In this document: one piece after another, positions 31,331-45,983 of the stretch
Position numbering within the stretch: the stretch's first letter is position 1
Layout: every line of letters starts with the position of its first letter
Origin: the human T2T-CHM13v2.0 reference genome, Homo sapiens
Direction: 5' to 3' (one strand)
DNA length: 64,000 nt
Assembly (NCBI RefSeq): GCF_009914755.1
Contig: NC_060932.1
The notes under the pieces: generated by a model
What the model saw: only the letters and a program-made list of their open reading frames with translations
The model's database searches: none
Told to the model about the DNA's origin: nothing
Translations under genes and position numbers: made by a program

Positions 31331-31879
31331 CAGGAAACTGCAGTGCATGTCTGGTGAACCATGACTGTTAGGGAAAATAAACACTTTCATTTTCCAGTTG
31401 TTATGTCACCCTAATGGCATTGCCTGACACTATTAGGATGGCATAAGAATGTAACAAGAAGATCATCCTAACATCCTAACATATACTCCTTGTTTGAACT
31501 CTTGTTTTTTCTTGAGTGTGCTAGGACATTCTATGCCTGGCTTCACGATGACTTTATCTTTCATTGGACAGGCAGCTACTGTCACACCAAACAACAATAG
31601 GAAAATAGATAATTTCATTTGATGTTTGAGAAGCATTTCTTAGTGGTCCAAATTTGGTCATATCTTTCTTAGCTGTTTCTGCAATTTCATAGTAGCTCTG
31701 GTTTACTTAAGAGAACTTGACAAAATGAGTTCCACTGAAGTTAGCCCCTGCTTTGCTCTGCAATTGTCTAAGCTTTTAAGGGTATCTTGTCCTTGAAGTC
31801 AGATGGATTTCATTAGAAATTGACCCACTTTCTTTAAGAACACAGCCAATGTCACTATAATTTTGAAAAAATGTTAAAA

Positions 31880-32080
31880 AGGTAAGTTCAAGTTCAACAC
31901 AAAGAAGACCTTTTAACAATAGACAAACTGGAATGGTTTGCTGTGCAAAGAAGTCAACTACCATCACTGAAAGTATCACAGCACAGGCTTGACAAATACA
32001 TGAGGGAGATGTTGTAGGACATATGAGTGCATTGGGAAAAGAGTTAACTGGATGATGTCACTATCAACTCTAAGATTCTT
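31880..32080 (+). mobile_element. CR1/L3 LINE 3' fragment
   Basis: CCATCACTGAAAGTATCACAGCACAGGCTTGACAA...ACTGGATGATG...CAACTCTAAGATTCT matches the L3 3' end. Confidence 0.65.
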
Positions 32081-35000
32081 CGAACTGTCTCATGCAAGCT
32101 TCACTGACAGATAGGATCTAGAATTCATTAGAGACATATCCACCCTAATTGGAAATTCCACTCTTTAAGGTACAGAAGAACAATGTCTCGCTTGCAAACA
32201 CTCATTTCTGAATAAAGGCAAACCATAGATTTCTCTGACACACACACGTACACGACCCACCTGCTTTCTACTTTTGTTTTTTTAATTCTATTTTCTCAGT
32301 GATATGTGTCCTAATCACTTTCTCAGCAGTGTCATTAGACATCTATGATGTGGAGCAAGGCACACAGAGCTAGACTCTGGGTTTACAATGACAGAGTTTA
32401 AGTTCCCATCTGAAGTCCCCACATTCTGCTCAACACATGACTCTCCATTACTGAGCTCACTATCACCAGCAGGCTGTGAGCCTCAGACAGGAGGTCTTGC
32501 CTTAAACTCTCTGGCCTCAGTTTTCTTACCAGTAAATGGCCTAAAGGACTTTGATTGAACAACCTTATAGATCAAACATTTTTAAATGATCTATTTTATT
32601 ATTCCATTATGTGGCCTACTAAAACCTTAGAAAATTATACATTCAAATCAACTGATTTCACTATTTTTAGTGTGGCCAATAATCCAAATTCTTAGTTTAG
32701 GGAGTTTTATGCTACAACGAAACTTCATGTTACTTCTGTTCTTAAAATCATTTTCTACATTGACAAATAATTACCCTTTCAAAAATTTCTCCAAAGCTTT
32801 GATTAATAGTGTGACAGCCTTGTAGAATAAAACTATGATTTTAAAATCTAATTTTAATCACTTACCAAAAACATCACATTAGGGAACTTTATCTGGGTAA
32901 GTGGACAAAGTATGGAATGTAGGATTTCTATGAACATTGTTCATTCGTATGTTTTTTTTTTATAAAAGCACTGCTAATTATATAGAAATTGTAATAATGA
33001 CAAACAGTCCACAAATTGAAACCTCAAAGAAGACATATGATTGACTTGAAAAATAATTGGTATCTTTCCACTTAATCTACATTAATGTAAACAATAAATC
33101 TTCTCTTAAATAAAGATTGTGTGAATCTTCATTTATCTTTTATGACAAGAGTGCAAAGGTTGTGGTTTAATGAATGGAAAGAAGCAACAAGGTCAGTTTT
33201 AAAAGCCTCACAGGTCAAATGTCTGACACTGAACATTAAAAAAGAAAAAAGCCCTAACATGGTAATTTCTATTTTCGTCAAATCACCAGGGTCCAGCTGA
33301 GGCTTCAAGCAGAAAGAAAGAAAACACCATAATTTTGTAACATAGAGACAAGCAATTGGAATGACAATATCCTTTTAGGATGTATTCACCAGCATTTTAA
33401 TAGGTTTGAATTAGGTAGATTTTTAAACAATTTTGAAGCTTTAAGCTTTGAAAGCTGACAACAATCCCTGGCATTGATAAAGGGATGAAGCACAGCATAT
33501 ACTTTTATTTTACATATGCATTGATTTTTCCGCCAAATGGAAGACCTCTGTCATCTAAGAAGGTTATTCATAGATCCAAAGAGCTGATCAGGGTCATTAA
33601 TAACAATAGTAAACTGATCATCATTCCAATGGGACCTGACAAGTTTCTTTTCAAAGTGGATACTAATGTATTGATGCCTGTGAAGTTCATTACAGCAGTA
33701 ATAAATCATTAGTCTCTGCAAAATGATTTATAAGTTGGTTGAAATGCATTACAATAGACTGTCAAAGAGCTTTGCAGGTATAAGAAGGCTCTTTCTGGTG
33801 CTTCTACCCAAATTGTGCTGGCTTGGAGTAATTAAACACCAGCACCAAAACAGCAAAACCACTACAACTATGGTTGTCTCTTGCTTAAAATCCAAGTTTT
33901 AATTCAGGACAGACTTAATCCTTCCTTGAATTACTACTGTCCTTATAAAGGCTTTAAAAATTCTTTTTAACTTTGGTTATTCCATAAAGATTCATCATGA
34001 CCCTTGCTTAAATTTCTTTTAGCTTTACCAAATAATGCTCAGAACTTTTATAGTCACAATCACTTCCTTAATATTATTTGCATGCATAATAATATGCACT
34101 GTAAATACATTTCCAAGCATTTACCATTCTGAGCTAACACTGGAATGAAGTGATTCAAAGCTGAACATGGGTTGAAAAGTTTATTTTCAAACATGTGTAA
34201 CAATGTCTTTAATATTCCTAGAATGTTTTCAAAAGAGTTACCTGTATTTGCAGGTACTATTTGTCTTCCAGAAAAGGAGGAGGAATAAGCTAAAAGGTTA
34301 AAACAGTATTAACCTTTTACAGAAGATAGCACTTTCTGAAAATAAGGATAGTTCAACATTACAATAGATTAATGGGTTATATGTGATGTATATTTATTTA
34401 ATTTGGGTGTGGGCAATGAAAAAATTTATATTCTCTATCATTCTTCTACTGCAAAATACGACAAAAGCAGTAATCTCATAATTACTGGTACCTTATTTTA
34501 AATAAATCACCTTAATGTATAGTTTTCTTTGATTTCTTTGGTAGTTTTCTTTCATTACAGTAGTCAGATTGGAACCTATTGCTACTTCTGGCTGAAAAAC
34601 TGAGAGGTGTGCTCACTTCCAAACAGTCTCTTTTCTGGATAGCTTTAAACTATGTATAAAATATTACCTCTTGCTATGTGTCACCTTACTCTGGTCACAT
34701 TGGCTTCTTCTCACCAAATGAGCTCGTTCTGATGGTCATAATAATTTACTGGGTATCTAAAGAGTTTTGCTATGTTAGTAAAAAAAGAAAGCCAATATGC
34801 CGTGCCAATACCAAATATTACCAAAAACCAGTTTTCAATTGAGATTCACTTATCGCCTGTTCTTGGCTAATGTTTCTCTGTCTTGTGGCTTCATGACAAA
34901 GACCACATAAGTCCATGGTGGACAAGGGCCATCCTGCACTGAAGTGCTACAGATTAGTCTGGTGTGTTTGCTGTGTTGATTTTCAGAGGTTAATTGCTAT

Positions 35001-35859
35001 ACCTCAATCCCTGATGTTTGTGCTGCAGTGAAGACTTATAATATTGGCTCCATAATAATCTGGCTATTATTTCACTAATGTACACATAATATATCCTGAA
35101 ACTTCAATTAAAGGGATTTTCTAGAGTAGGGAATTCACAACAACAGGGGTTTTATTGGGATATTAAACCATGCCTCCATCCACAGTATACTCTTAACATT
35201 GGATCCCTGAAGATAATTGCAATGTTGAAGTTTCAGTGTTTTCACACACTTGTACATCTGCCCCAATTTATCCCTAATGACTGTCCCAAAGCACATTCTA
35301 TCAGTTGATTGCTATTACAGAGTCTAAAAGGGGACAGCCTCTGAGAGGTTTCAGGAGAGAACAGTCTTTTTACCTGGCCATGTTTCTGTCTAGATGTGAT
35401 CAAATGGACTCAAATAGCCTTCACTGAGAAGAATGCTGGAAGCCCCAGCCTACCACCCTCATACATGCTAAATTCTTGACATTCTTACTCATGAAAGTAT
35501 CACATATTAAGGAAAGCTACAATAGACATGAGCAGCATAAAGCTTAATTTCAAACTGCAACTAACTCTAATTATTTTATCAAATTGTTTCCCAAATTTTC
35601 TGAAAGTGTTGACATCACAGCTGCATCAGAAGGGAAACTGGATGCCTTCCTTGCTGAGACACAACCAGGGCTACATGTGACCATGTGTATGTGTCTGAAG
35701 TGGACTGCTTCCTAAATGAAAAATAGGAAATCAAGATCAATGGCAAAGAGATTACAGATTCTACCTGTGGTCAGATAAAAATGCACATATTTTGCAGTTA
35801 AAATAATTATTTTGATGCTTAAATGACAAAAAAATATAATCTTCAAGCAAATGTTAGGA

Positions 35860-37475
35860 GTGATAATTACACATGAAAAGTTTAATTTCTTTATACTAAG
35901 TTTCTATTTGAATTACCCTATTGTTTGCAGGTTTATAATGGATACTCTTAAGTTTTCCAAGTACACAATAAAATCATCTGTAAGTAAGGACAGCTTTACT
36001 TTGTTTTCTTCCCAACCACAATTTACCTTTTATATTTACTTTTATTTTATGTTTTATATTTTATTTTATGTTTATTTTTATTTTATTTTATTGGCTAGTA
36101 CTTTCAATGTGTTAAAGGTAGTTGTTATAGGGGCATCCTTATCTCATTATTTTACTATGAGAATTATCAGGAAACATTAGGTTTCCTCTGTAAACATAAG
36201 ACTAAATTTTATGCTCAGATAAATACTTTTCATTACATTAAGAAAGTATCCTTTGAATACTATTTTATTAAATTTTAAAAATAGAAAATGAGTGTGGAAT
36301 TTTGTCAGATACACTGATATATATTTATCATGTAATTTATGTGAAATCAACACATTTTCTAATATTGAGCTACTGTTGCATGTTTGGAATAAATCTTTCT
36401 TATTCAGGATGGATTCTTCTAATTTTTGTTTTTTCATATTTTATTTAGGTTTTTGTGTTGGTATTTATTAGTGAGCCTGTTCTTTAGTTTTATTTTTGTG
36501 TGTAATTCCTGTCAATTTTTAGTATCAATATTATACTCACTTCATACAAGAAAGGTTGCAGTTTTACTTTTTCCCCTGATGTTTTGAAAAAGTTTTTGAG
36601 AGTTTTAAATATTTGCTGAAATTCTCCTCTAAAGCCATTTATACATGCTGCTGTTTTTATTGGGGAGAGGGACAACTTTCACAACTTTTTCATTTTCTTT
36701 CTATCTTTTCTCAGTTCAATTATTTTCTAAATTATATTTTTATAGAATTTTCAAACTTATTTACAAGGAATTGAGCAAAGTAGTCTCTTATGAGTCCATT
36801 AATTCTCTATATAATTGTGTTTATTTTATATAGTCTGTGCTTTGCTCTTCTTCAACCAACCTATTTCATTGTATTTTCAAAGAACTAGATTTTAATTTTA
36901 TTTCTCAGTTCTACTGTTTTTCTGTTTTGCTTGCTATTTTCTGCTCTTTAAGGTCTTTCTTCTGCCTTTCTTAAGTTTATTTTGTTGCTCTTTTACCTCT
37001 TAAACTTTTTAATTTGGTTTTTATACGTTTTATATACTTGATCAATGTTAAGTATTTAAGGCTAGGAATATTCTTACGAATACAGCATTAGTTGCACACT
37101 TAGGTGTTGTTTAACAATGGGAATACATTCTGAGAATTGTGTTCTTAGGTGATTTTGTCACTGTGTAAACACCATATAATGTACTTACACAAAGCTAGAT
37201 GGTATAGCCTACTAAAGGCCCAGGCTATATAGTGTAGCCTATTGCTCCTTGTCTACAAACCTGTACAGCATGTGACTGAACTGAATATTGTAGGCAACTG
37301 TTACACCATGGGATTTGTGTATCTAAACATAGAAAAGGTACAGTAAAAATGTGGTATTATAATCTTATGGGTCCACCATCATATATGCGGTCCACTGTTG
37401 ACTGAAATGTCATTGTGCAGTTCATGACTGTATTTCATACATTCTGAAAGGCCACATTTCATTTTCCTATTTTTT
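35860..37475 (-). mobile_element. Old L1ME-like ORF2 fragment, inverted 5' segment
   Basis: The reverse complement gives, left to right, decayed equivalents of the FADD, QGCPLSP, DAEKAFDKIQH, PISLMN, PDGFTGEF, WFFEK and LWDAAKAV regions. The ORF track also shows INGFRGEFQQIFK. Confidence 0.8.
37097..37431 (-). mobile_element. Tigger3a (MER7A-type) MITE inserted in the L1
   Basis: TATCTAAACATAGAAAAGGTACAGTAAAAAT...ATAATCTTATGGGTCCACCATCATATATGCGGTCC...CATGACTG-TA. Confidence 0.88.
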
Positions 37476-37489
37476 TAAAGTCTCCAACC

Positions 37490-38825
37490 AGATAGAACAT
37501 ACAATAGAATACCCCATTTATAATAGCAAAATGAAATACACCTAGTAATAAGTAACTAGTAATAAATTTAACAACAAATGTGTAAGATATATAAGAAAAC
37601 TTACTTAAAACACTACTGAAGGTCACAAAAGAAGACTTGAAGAAATGGAAATACGTGACATGCACTTGAAGAAAAGAACTCAATATCATTAAGATGTCAA
37701 TTTTCTATAGGTTAGCTTAGAAATACAAAGAAATACCTATAGAATACTACCAGGATATTTTTGTTTTTATTTGTTTCATAGGGTTGGGCAAGTTGTCCTA
37801 AAGTAAAAATACAAAATTCAACAGAAATATGCAGAAAGAGCAATGAAAAACAATTAACACTAATAGATGCCAAAATTTACTAAAACACTTGAAAAAAATC
37901 ACAACAGCAGAATATTAGTATAGGAATAAAAAGACTACAGAATAGAAAATCTGGAAATAGGATCAACTGTACATTTGAATTTTCTACATAATAGAAATAA
38001 ATCATCATCCACTGGATCCAAATCAATGAATTAAGGAGGGATTACTCAATGCATGTCATTGATTTAATAAGTGAATCAAGTAAAAAAAAATCAAATTGTA
38101 TCCATACCTCCTCCCTAACAGCTGGATAATTTTAAGAGACAGTTCATTCAAGCAAAAGAAAATATGAATGGCTCTTAAATATATAAAAAATAATACCTAG
38201 ATCTTTTTCATCTATCAGATTGGGCAAAATCCAAGTTTGATAAGGCTAAGAGAAACAGGCATTCCCATATCTAGAGAATAAAAATGTAAATTTGTATAAC
38301 ACATGCAGAGTACAATTTGGCATATCTATTAAAATTACAAATGCATATACATTTTTTATCCAGAAGTTCCACTGCTGCACTTACACTCATATAAGATATT
38401 TATACAGGGCTCTTCATTGCAGCATTGTTTACAATAGCAAAAAAAAAAAAAAAAAAAACAAAAAACCCTGAAAACAAAATACCCTTAAACAGGATACTAG
38501 TTAATTGAATTATGAAGAATACACACAATGGAACACTAGGCAATGATTAAAAAAACAATAAAGCAGCTCTCATGAGAAAGAGCTCCAGGAGAGAAAAGAA
38601 AGGAGCGGAGTAGTGTGTCATCTTTTGTAAAAGAAAAAGTCAGGGTTAGGGGAGGATGGAATAAGAATCTGTAAGCTCTGGAGGGAGAGAGAAGAAACCA
38701 AGTCTGTGGCTACCTCTTGTGGTGGTGGGGGTGAAAATGGGAAGCTGGAAGGTAAGAATGGGATACTTTGCAGTTTTGAACAATGTGAATGTTTTACTAA
38801 CTCAAATAATTAAATTTAGAAAAAA
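37490..38825 (+). mobile_element. Old L1ME-like 3' segment, non-inverted
   Basis: CCATTTATAATAGCAAAA...AATAAATTTAACAA, AAAGAAGACTTGAAGAAATGGAAA, TTCATTGCAGCATTGTTTACAATAGCA and an L1ME-type 3' UTR. Confidence 0.8.
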
Positions 38826-41800
38826 ACAGAAATTTTAAAATGACATTTATACTATAAAATATATCTGTCAGTAATAGATGGACCTCCCGTAAGTGTCTTC
38901 AAATAAGATTTTACTTCCTAGGAGGGAGCTTATCTAATGGAAGCCATGATTTAAGAAGTGAATTTCTATGTCTAAAAGATTTGTCACAACAAAATTTCAA
39001 TGCTGAGATATCTTGTAATCACCTTAATATTGCTAAGTTTTTATTTCAAAATCAACAGAAAGTGCATTATTAGTTGCCAAGAGTTGAAAATTCAAACTAT
39101 GACTAAAGTGATCTCTTAACATTATAAAAACAAAGTTTCCAATTTAAAAACCTTAGAGGCTATATATGTTATGACATATGACTCACACTTTCCCAGATGG
39201 ATATGTATTATTCATAAAGGTTGGGTGTAAAAATAGAAAAATATTTTTAAAAAATTATTTTGGTGGGAAATCAGAAAAGTGAGGTGTAATCATTTGCACA
39301 TTTCACAAAATATTTTATGTCCATAATTCTGATCATCATATTTTTTGCTCTTATTAACCAAATATATTTGACAATACATCAATTGTTCAGTAAATGGGAA
39401 TTATGTACAAAATATGGTTGGTAGTCTACACTGGGAGAAATTCAAAGAGGAATCCAATGTAGTTATCATATTCACAGGACTTAAGACATGCATCAACAAT
39501 TAAAAGCAGAATGTGGTAGAGTCGTGGGAGGGATACACGTTACAAGAGCACACTGGCAGGAGATAAACTATGTCCACTTGAGAGCATCTTCAACTGAACC
39601 TGAAGGGTCAGTAGAATGTTAGAAAGCAGAAGTCGGGAAAGTAGAAAATTCCAAGTCAAATTAATTTCAGATGGGCAGGAAAGCATAAGAAGCGTTCATA
39701 CAATGGCAAAGTATTTAATTTATTGGATATATGAGGAACAAGTTGAGAAATAATGACAATAAAGGCTGAATAAGGTGGGCAATAGGTGATATTGGACGGT
39801 AGGGAGGAAAGGGCAACAGTGTCATATAACTCCAGGGGGCTATGAGAGAAAGGTCTTAGGCATTGGTAGGTAGAAGCGTGGATGCATAGATAACGTTAGG
39901 AGGAGATACTTGGTGTAGTGAAGAAATTATTAAATTAGAGGTGCTAGCAGAAAACCCTGGACGGGATGGATGTTCACCAAGCATTTGAAGTCATGGAACT
40001 TGAGGTTGAAAATGAGAGTAGTGTGGGTGACATAGATGTGTCAGTCCCCTAAATAGGGTGATGGAAACTCTGGGGCTGGTTGAGATCCTGGGGATGCAGA
40101 ACCTTGGGTGGTGTTCACACTTAAGACTGGCAGATGAGGTGGGGCCAGTGAGATGTCATAGAGCCAGAATCACAGCCAAGTCCAACAGGATCTTAGAGAT
40201 CGGTATGTTCATTACTTAAGCACACTGATCTCTGAGGTGCTCCCTTCCTCTCTCTCCTCCCTGCATTTTTTCTATATGAGCAAATTGATGGTATCTAGGG
40301 ATTCAAAGAAGGAAAAGGGCAGGCCACCTTTGAAGTATGGGGTGATAAAGAGAGGAAAGATGGAGCAAATACGTGAGACACTAGCGATCTTTAGGAACAG
40401 CGCTGAGTTGTCTTTTAAGAAAATAAAAGACCTAAACACATTTTTAGGTAGAAGGAATTCAACCCAAAGCAAGAGACAAAATATTTAAAATACAGAGACA
40501 TATTAGAAGGTCAAGTACACATTTAGACATGCTAATCTAAATAGGAAAAAGAAAAAAGGGAATAAAAGAAAATAAAGAGCAGGGGAGGAGTTTTCTTCCA
40601 CAGAAGCCAAAGGGAAGGACTAGTCAAAGGACCAAGATGTCATCCTGTGTTGCTTTATGTGTTCAGCCCTATGTGATGTGTAATTTTAAGACAATCAAGG
40701 CAAGCAGATTTGTAGAAACTCCAAACTCATCTGACTAGCACAAAGGGTGAACAGTGGTGGTATGGGGAGGGAGGTACCACCCTCCCCTTGTAATCACGCC
40801 ACCCGACTGCCTATGTAGGTAAGGGGAACAGGTGAAAACAGAGACCCTTCAGGATGGGAAAAAGGAAAGTTGAAAGAGTTTCTGTTAGATAACTCTGATT
40901 TCTTCATGAAATGAAAGTTAAGCTCCCTTGTTGAACTGAGAAGCTGAGCGCTTAGAGAGACTGGAGTGCTTGAATCTGAACATGATTTTAAATTTAGGAA
41001 GCAACTCTGCTTTCTCATGTGAGATTCATCCTAGATGCAGTGTAGCTGTTTCTGCTTTAGCACTCTTTGCCGTGGCAGAGCCTGGGCTCTGTGTTTCTAG
41101 CAAACAGTGTCTCACTGAGAAGTATGATATTCTAATGTTTTTATTTACACATTTTGGTCAGCTACTCGCATCACCCGGTTTCTACTACCTAGTACATTTT
41201 CTAAAGCATTCGTATTCATAGCATGCTACAGATGAAATTAGACAATGAGACTGATATTGTGTGAGAGGGAAAAAAAAACTCTGCCATTCCTGGGTAGAAA
41301 CCATTTCTGAAGAGCTTAATCATCAAGCTCTTCAGCAATTTCAACAATTGACTGTTGTTATAATTGCTCCACTTTCTACATATCACAGAAACATGCTTAC
41401 AGCCATTGTTGTATAACATTTTGGTTCTCAGCATTTCTTTATTTTATGGCATGCCTTAATGCAAAAACAATGATGGATTCCATTCCAGGATGTACAAAGT
41501 TTTAAAGGAGGCAGATGTGAGGAGAGAAAGAAAGAGAGAGAGAGAGAGAAGCCAAATCATTCATGTAGGGACATTTTTTTCTCCACTTAAAATAAAACTG
41601 CCTTTCCTGGTGGCTTTAGTCAGTTGAGTTTTTCCAGTGGGTACTGTAACAGTTAAACTGAGCAAACATAAACCTGAACTGCCCTGATTTTAGATTAAAA
41701 TCCATTTGGATTATAGTTGTATGAAGGATGTTACCAATATTGTATCCAAAACAGATAAAGGAAGAATGCATGTGGCTTTGGGCTCCCTCAAAAGTGTCAG

Positions 41801-41979
41801 ATGGCCACAAGAACACTGCCCGTACAGGATTTCAAGTACTGAGTTAACTGAGAGATATGTAAAATCACACATACCGGGTAAAGTTGAGTCACATGCAGCC
41901 TGTGCATGTCAGTTTCTAGGTTAAATGTATGGACTGTATTGCTTGCACGAGGTGGCCTTTGGAGATGTACTCTATTGGG

Positions 41980-42140
41980 AATCAGCACCTCACTATTTCT
42001 AGCTTCATTTCTGCATTAATTCTGTACGACCTTGGGCAAGTCACTTCATCTACCTGCTCCCCCAATTTACTTAACTGGAGCTCCCTATTACTTAAAAGAG
42101 TTGGAGAAGCAATTGTGAGGATTACATATTAAAATAACAA
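41980..42140 (+). mobile_element. MIR fragment
   Basis: GTACGACCTTGGGCAAGTCACTT...GTGAGGATTACAT. Confidence 0.7.
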
Positions 42141-43837
42141 AGATGCAGGCAACAATATTATAAAATGCTACAGAACCGTGTAATTACCAAGTCTTAGAAG
42201 TAACTAGAAGCAGATGAATTTGTTGGTCCAACACCATATGTTTCAGGTCAAATAAAAGTGTAAGAGCAAATAAATTGTCTTTATATTACTCTACTATATT
42301 GGTTTATTTTGCTCCAATTGCCATTTAACTCAGCAATCTGTAACTGCTTTGTGTCTACAGTAATTTTGTAAAGTTATAATTTTGCATGGGAATCATGATT
42401 TGCCGTTCAAATTGCTCCAGATTACATCCATAATCTCCCCCCCACAAAACACAGACAAACATACTCCTGTAATTCTGGGGAAAAATGGAGTTCTCAACAA
42501 CTTTATTCATATCTTCAGGTGGCAAGAAGATAATATTTCTTTCTTTTCTCCGAAGACATTGTTTATCTTTATATAATAATCTTCTGAAATTATTACCCAT
42601 GTGAAATATTACCTATTTCCAGATGATATTCACCACTGCAGTGGTCCCTGAGTAACATGCACCACATTATCTAGTGATAGTGTTTTCAAAGTCTTGTCAA
42701 AACTGAAAATATAATTTTGAAATCTACAGCACATAAGTCCTCAGTGCATGTTTATGTAAATCATGTCATTAATTTGTTATAAGTTCAGTGCAATTATTAT
42801 ATTTTTGGCAGAGTTAATTTAGTAGCTCTCTAACAAAACACATCAGCACCTCTTCTCGCATGTGGAGTTCCTAATGGCTTTAGCTGCCTTTGGTGGGTTT
42901 TCTTTCCCTCACAAATACCAAACAAAGTGTTTCCTAAGACCTAAGTTGACTTTACATAGAAGAAAGTTACAAAAGCTTTCAAAACTTCACCCTCAAGATA
43001 CAACTGAGCATTGGACTGGACTTTAAAACTGTTTAAGGTGAAACGTGAAAGCTAAAAAGAAGATTGAAGTGTAAATGCATGAAGAGGCGAATTCAAAGTA
43101 TGTTTGCTTCTTAGTGAGCAGGTGAAAATGAGAGCTTCCCTCAGTAGTAGACAGGAAGGCATTCACTTCCATCTATGAACTAGATGTATTATTGTTAGGT
43201 AAGTTAAAAATAAAGATCACTTTTTAACTGAATATAAAAACCGTTTCCAAGTAAAATGGATTGCCCTTTAGCTTATTGGAAACTTGATTCCCAAGAATGC
43301 CTCTGTTGTTTTTAACTGTGTTCAAAATCATATCCAATTGCACTCGTGTGCTTTGAAATAATAGTGCAAGGGCCTTAATTCAATGTTTTTCTGAAAGTTG
43401 AAAAGTTGCCATGCCATGCGACAATGGGTCAGATTGGGATTCAGGAAATCTTTGCTGATTGCACACCCTGCTACGGCAATCTGTGCAGGTACCGCACAAA
43501 CATTGTGGTGTTTAGTTCTCAAAACAGCTCAGCGGGAAAGGTTCTATTATCCTCCACTTTGTAGATGAATTAATAAAAGATCTTTGAAATTAATTGCCAT
43601 CTATGGTTAGTAAGAAGTTGAGTTGAACTTTAAACATAGATGTTCTGGCTTCATGTGTGGGGCTTGCCCTCTATTTATTGATATTGATGTTAAAAGAATA
43701 GGAGAAAGAGCTAAATTAATAATAGTTTTGATATAATGATGTATTCTTAAAAGGCTCATTGATATTAGCTTGTTTGCTATTCAGTTGTCTTTCCTAATAT
43801 GTGCATTATTAACAATTCTGGTTATTCTGGAGTTCTG

Positions 43838-44442
<605 letters not shown>

Positions 44443-45029
44443 GTTTTGATTGCTTGGAGTCTTACTAAATTCTAGCTGAGTAAACTTTTTTCTATTTTTA
44501 AAGTAGAGTTAGTCTTTGGAAAAGTTTAAAAAAGATTTAGAGGGTCTATCTGTATAAATAAAAAGATTATATAGTAGTTCTTTATGAATACAATTATATA
44601 TAAGCAAACGTATAAATATATGAGATAAAACATTTATTATCCTACTCATTTTTGTATAACTATTGTATTAAAAGGAATACAAAAATCAAACATAAACAAA
44701 GCTGTACAGAAGAAGAGGAAAAACTTTGGAGGTCTAAGTTCTATAGTATGCTAGTGATTCAGTGAATTCACTGGATATGAAGCCTTGCAGTTAAAGCATT
44801 TGGTTCTTTGTGTGTTTACTTTAAACCAAAATCTGATAGGACTGAATTTTGTCTGACCTTCAGAATTATGTGGATCTGCTTCCTCTGTGTTGGCGTCATA
44901 GGCTTCTGTTCTGAAATTATCCTATGCTGGAAGATGCCACAACTCCATTTTTCTCTGCATAACACAGCAAATTCTTTTGTTTGGGACTGCTCTGGAAAGA
45001 CCACCAGAGAGGCAGACTGGGTTTTAATT

Positions 45030-45190
45030 TTTGTTTTATTTAATTCCCTTGAGGCTCAGTTTCTCTGTCTACAAAAATGGAGGTTATAGTTCCTACCTCG
45101 GGAGGGGATGCTGTGGATTAAATACTGTACTGCATCTACAAAGCTTCCAGCGCAGAGCCCAGCCCAGAGCAGATGACTTGTAAGTAATTA
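45030..45190 (+). mobile_element. MIR fragment
   Basis: GAGGCTCAGTTTCTCTGTCTACAAAAATGGAGGTTATAGTTCCTACCTC...GTGGATTAAAT. Confidence 0.75.
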
Positions 45191-45621
45191 AAGAGGGATT
45201 TGTTTCACATCTAGATTCTTTCAAAAAGAGACTTGAAGGAGTAGTTAATAAATATCAGACTTTTAGTTCTCTCCTTTTTATTCTTTTTTTCAGTATTAGT
45301 AAGATTCAAGTGTTCACATAACTTTGATTCACCAAATTGCATTGCTTCCTACGTTTGGCTATGTCAAAAAGTGGGATAAAATCTTCCAGTCCTGACACAG
45401 ACAGACGAATCAGGCCATGGCCAGCCCACATGGAGGTTCAAGCGGAAAACCCTGGCTGCATAAGGACGCAGACAATACGGCAAGAGGGGAAAACACACCC
45501 ACACCCAACATAAAAGGGGGATGGCTCTGCCTCTGAGCCCCTGGAAATAGGTAATGAATGTGTCATTCCTTGAGCTGGCCATCAGAATATACCATATTAG
45601 CACAACATTAAAAAAAATCCT

Positions 45622-45983
<362 letters not shown>

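Noticed and set aside
44760-44773. 14-bp palindrome CAGTGAATTCACTG (also AGCTACATGTAGCT near 25882)
   Set aside because: Several palindromes of this length are expected by chance in 64 kb.
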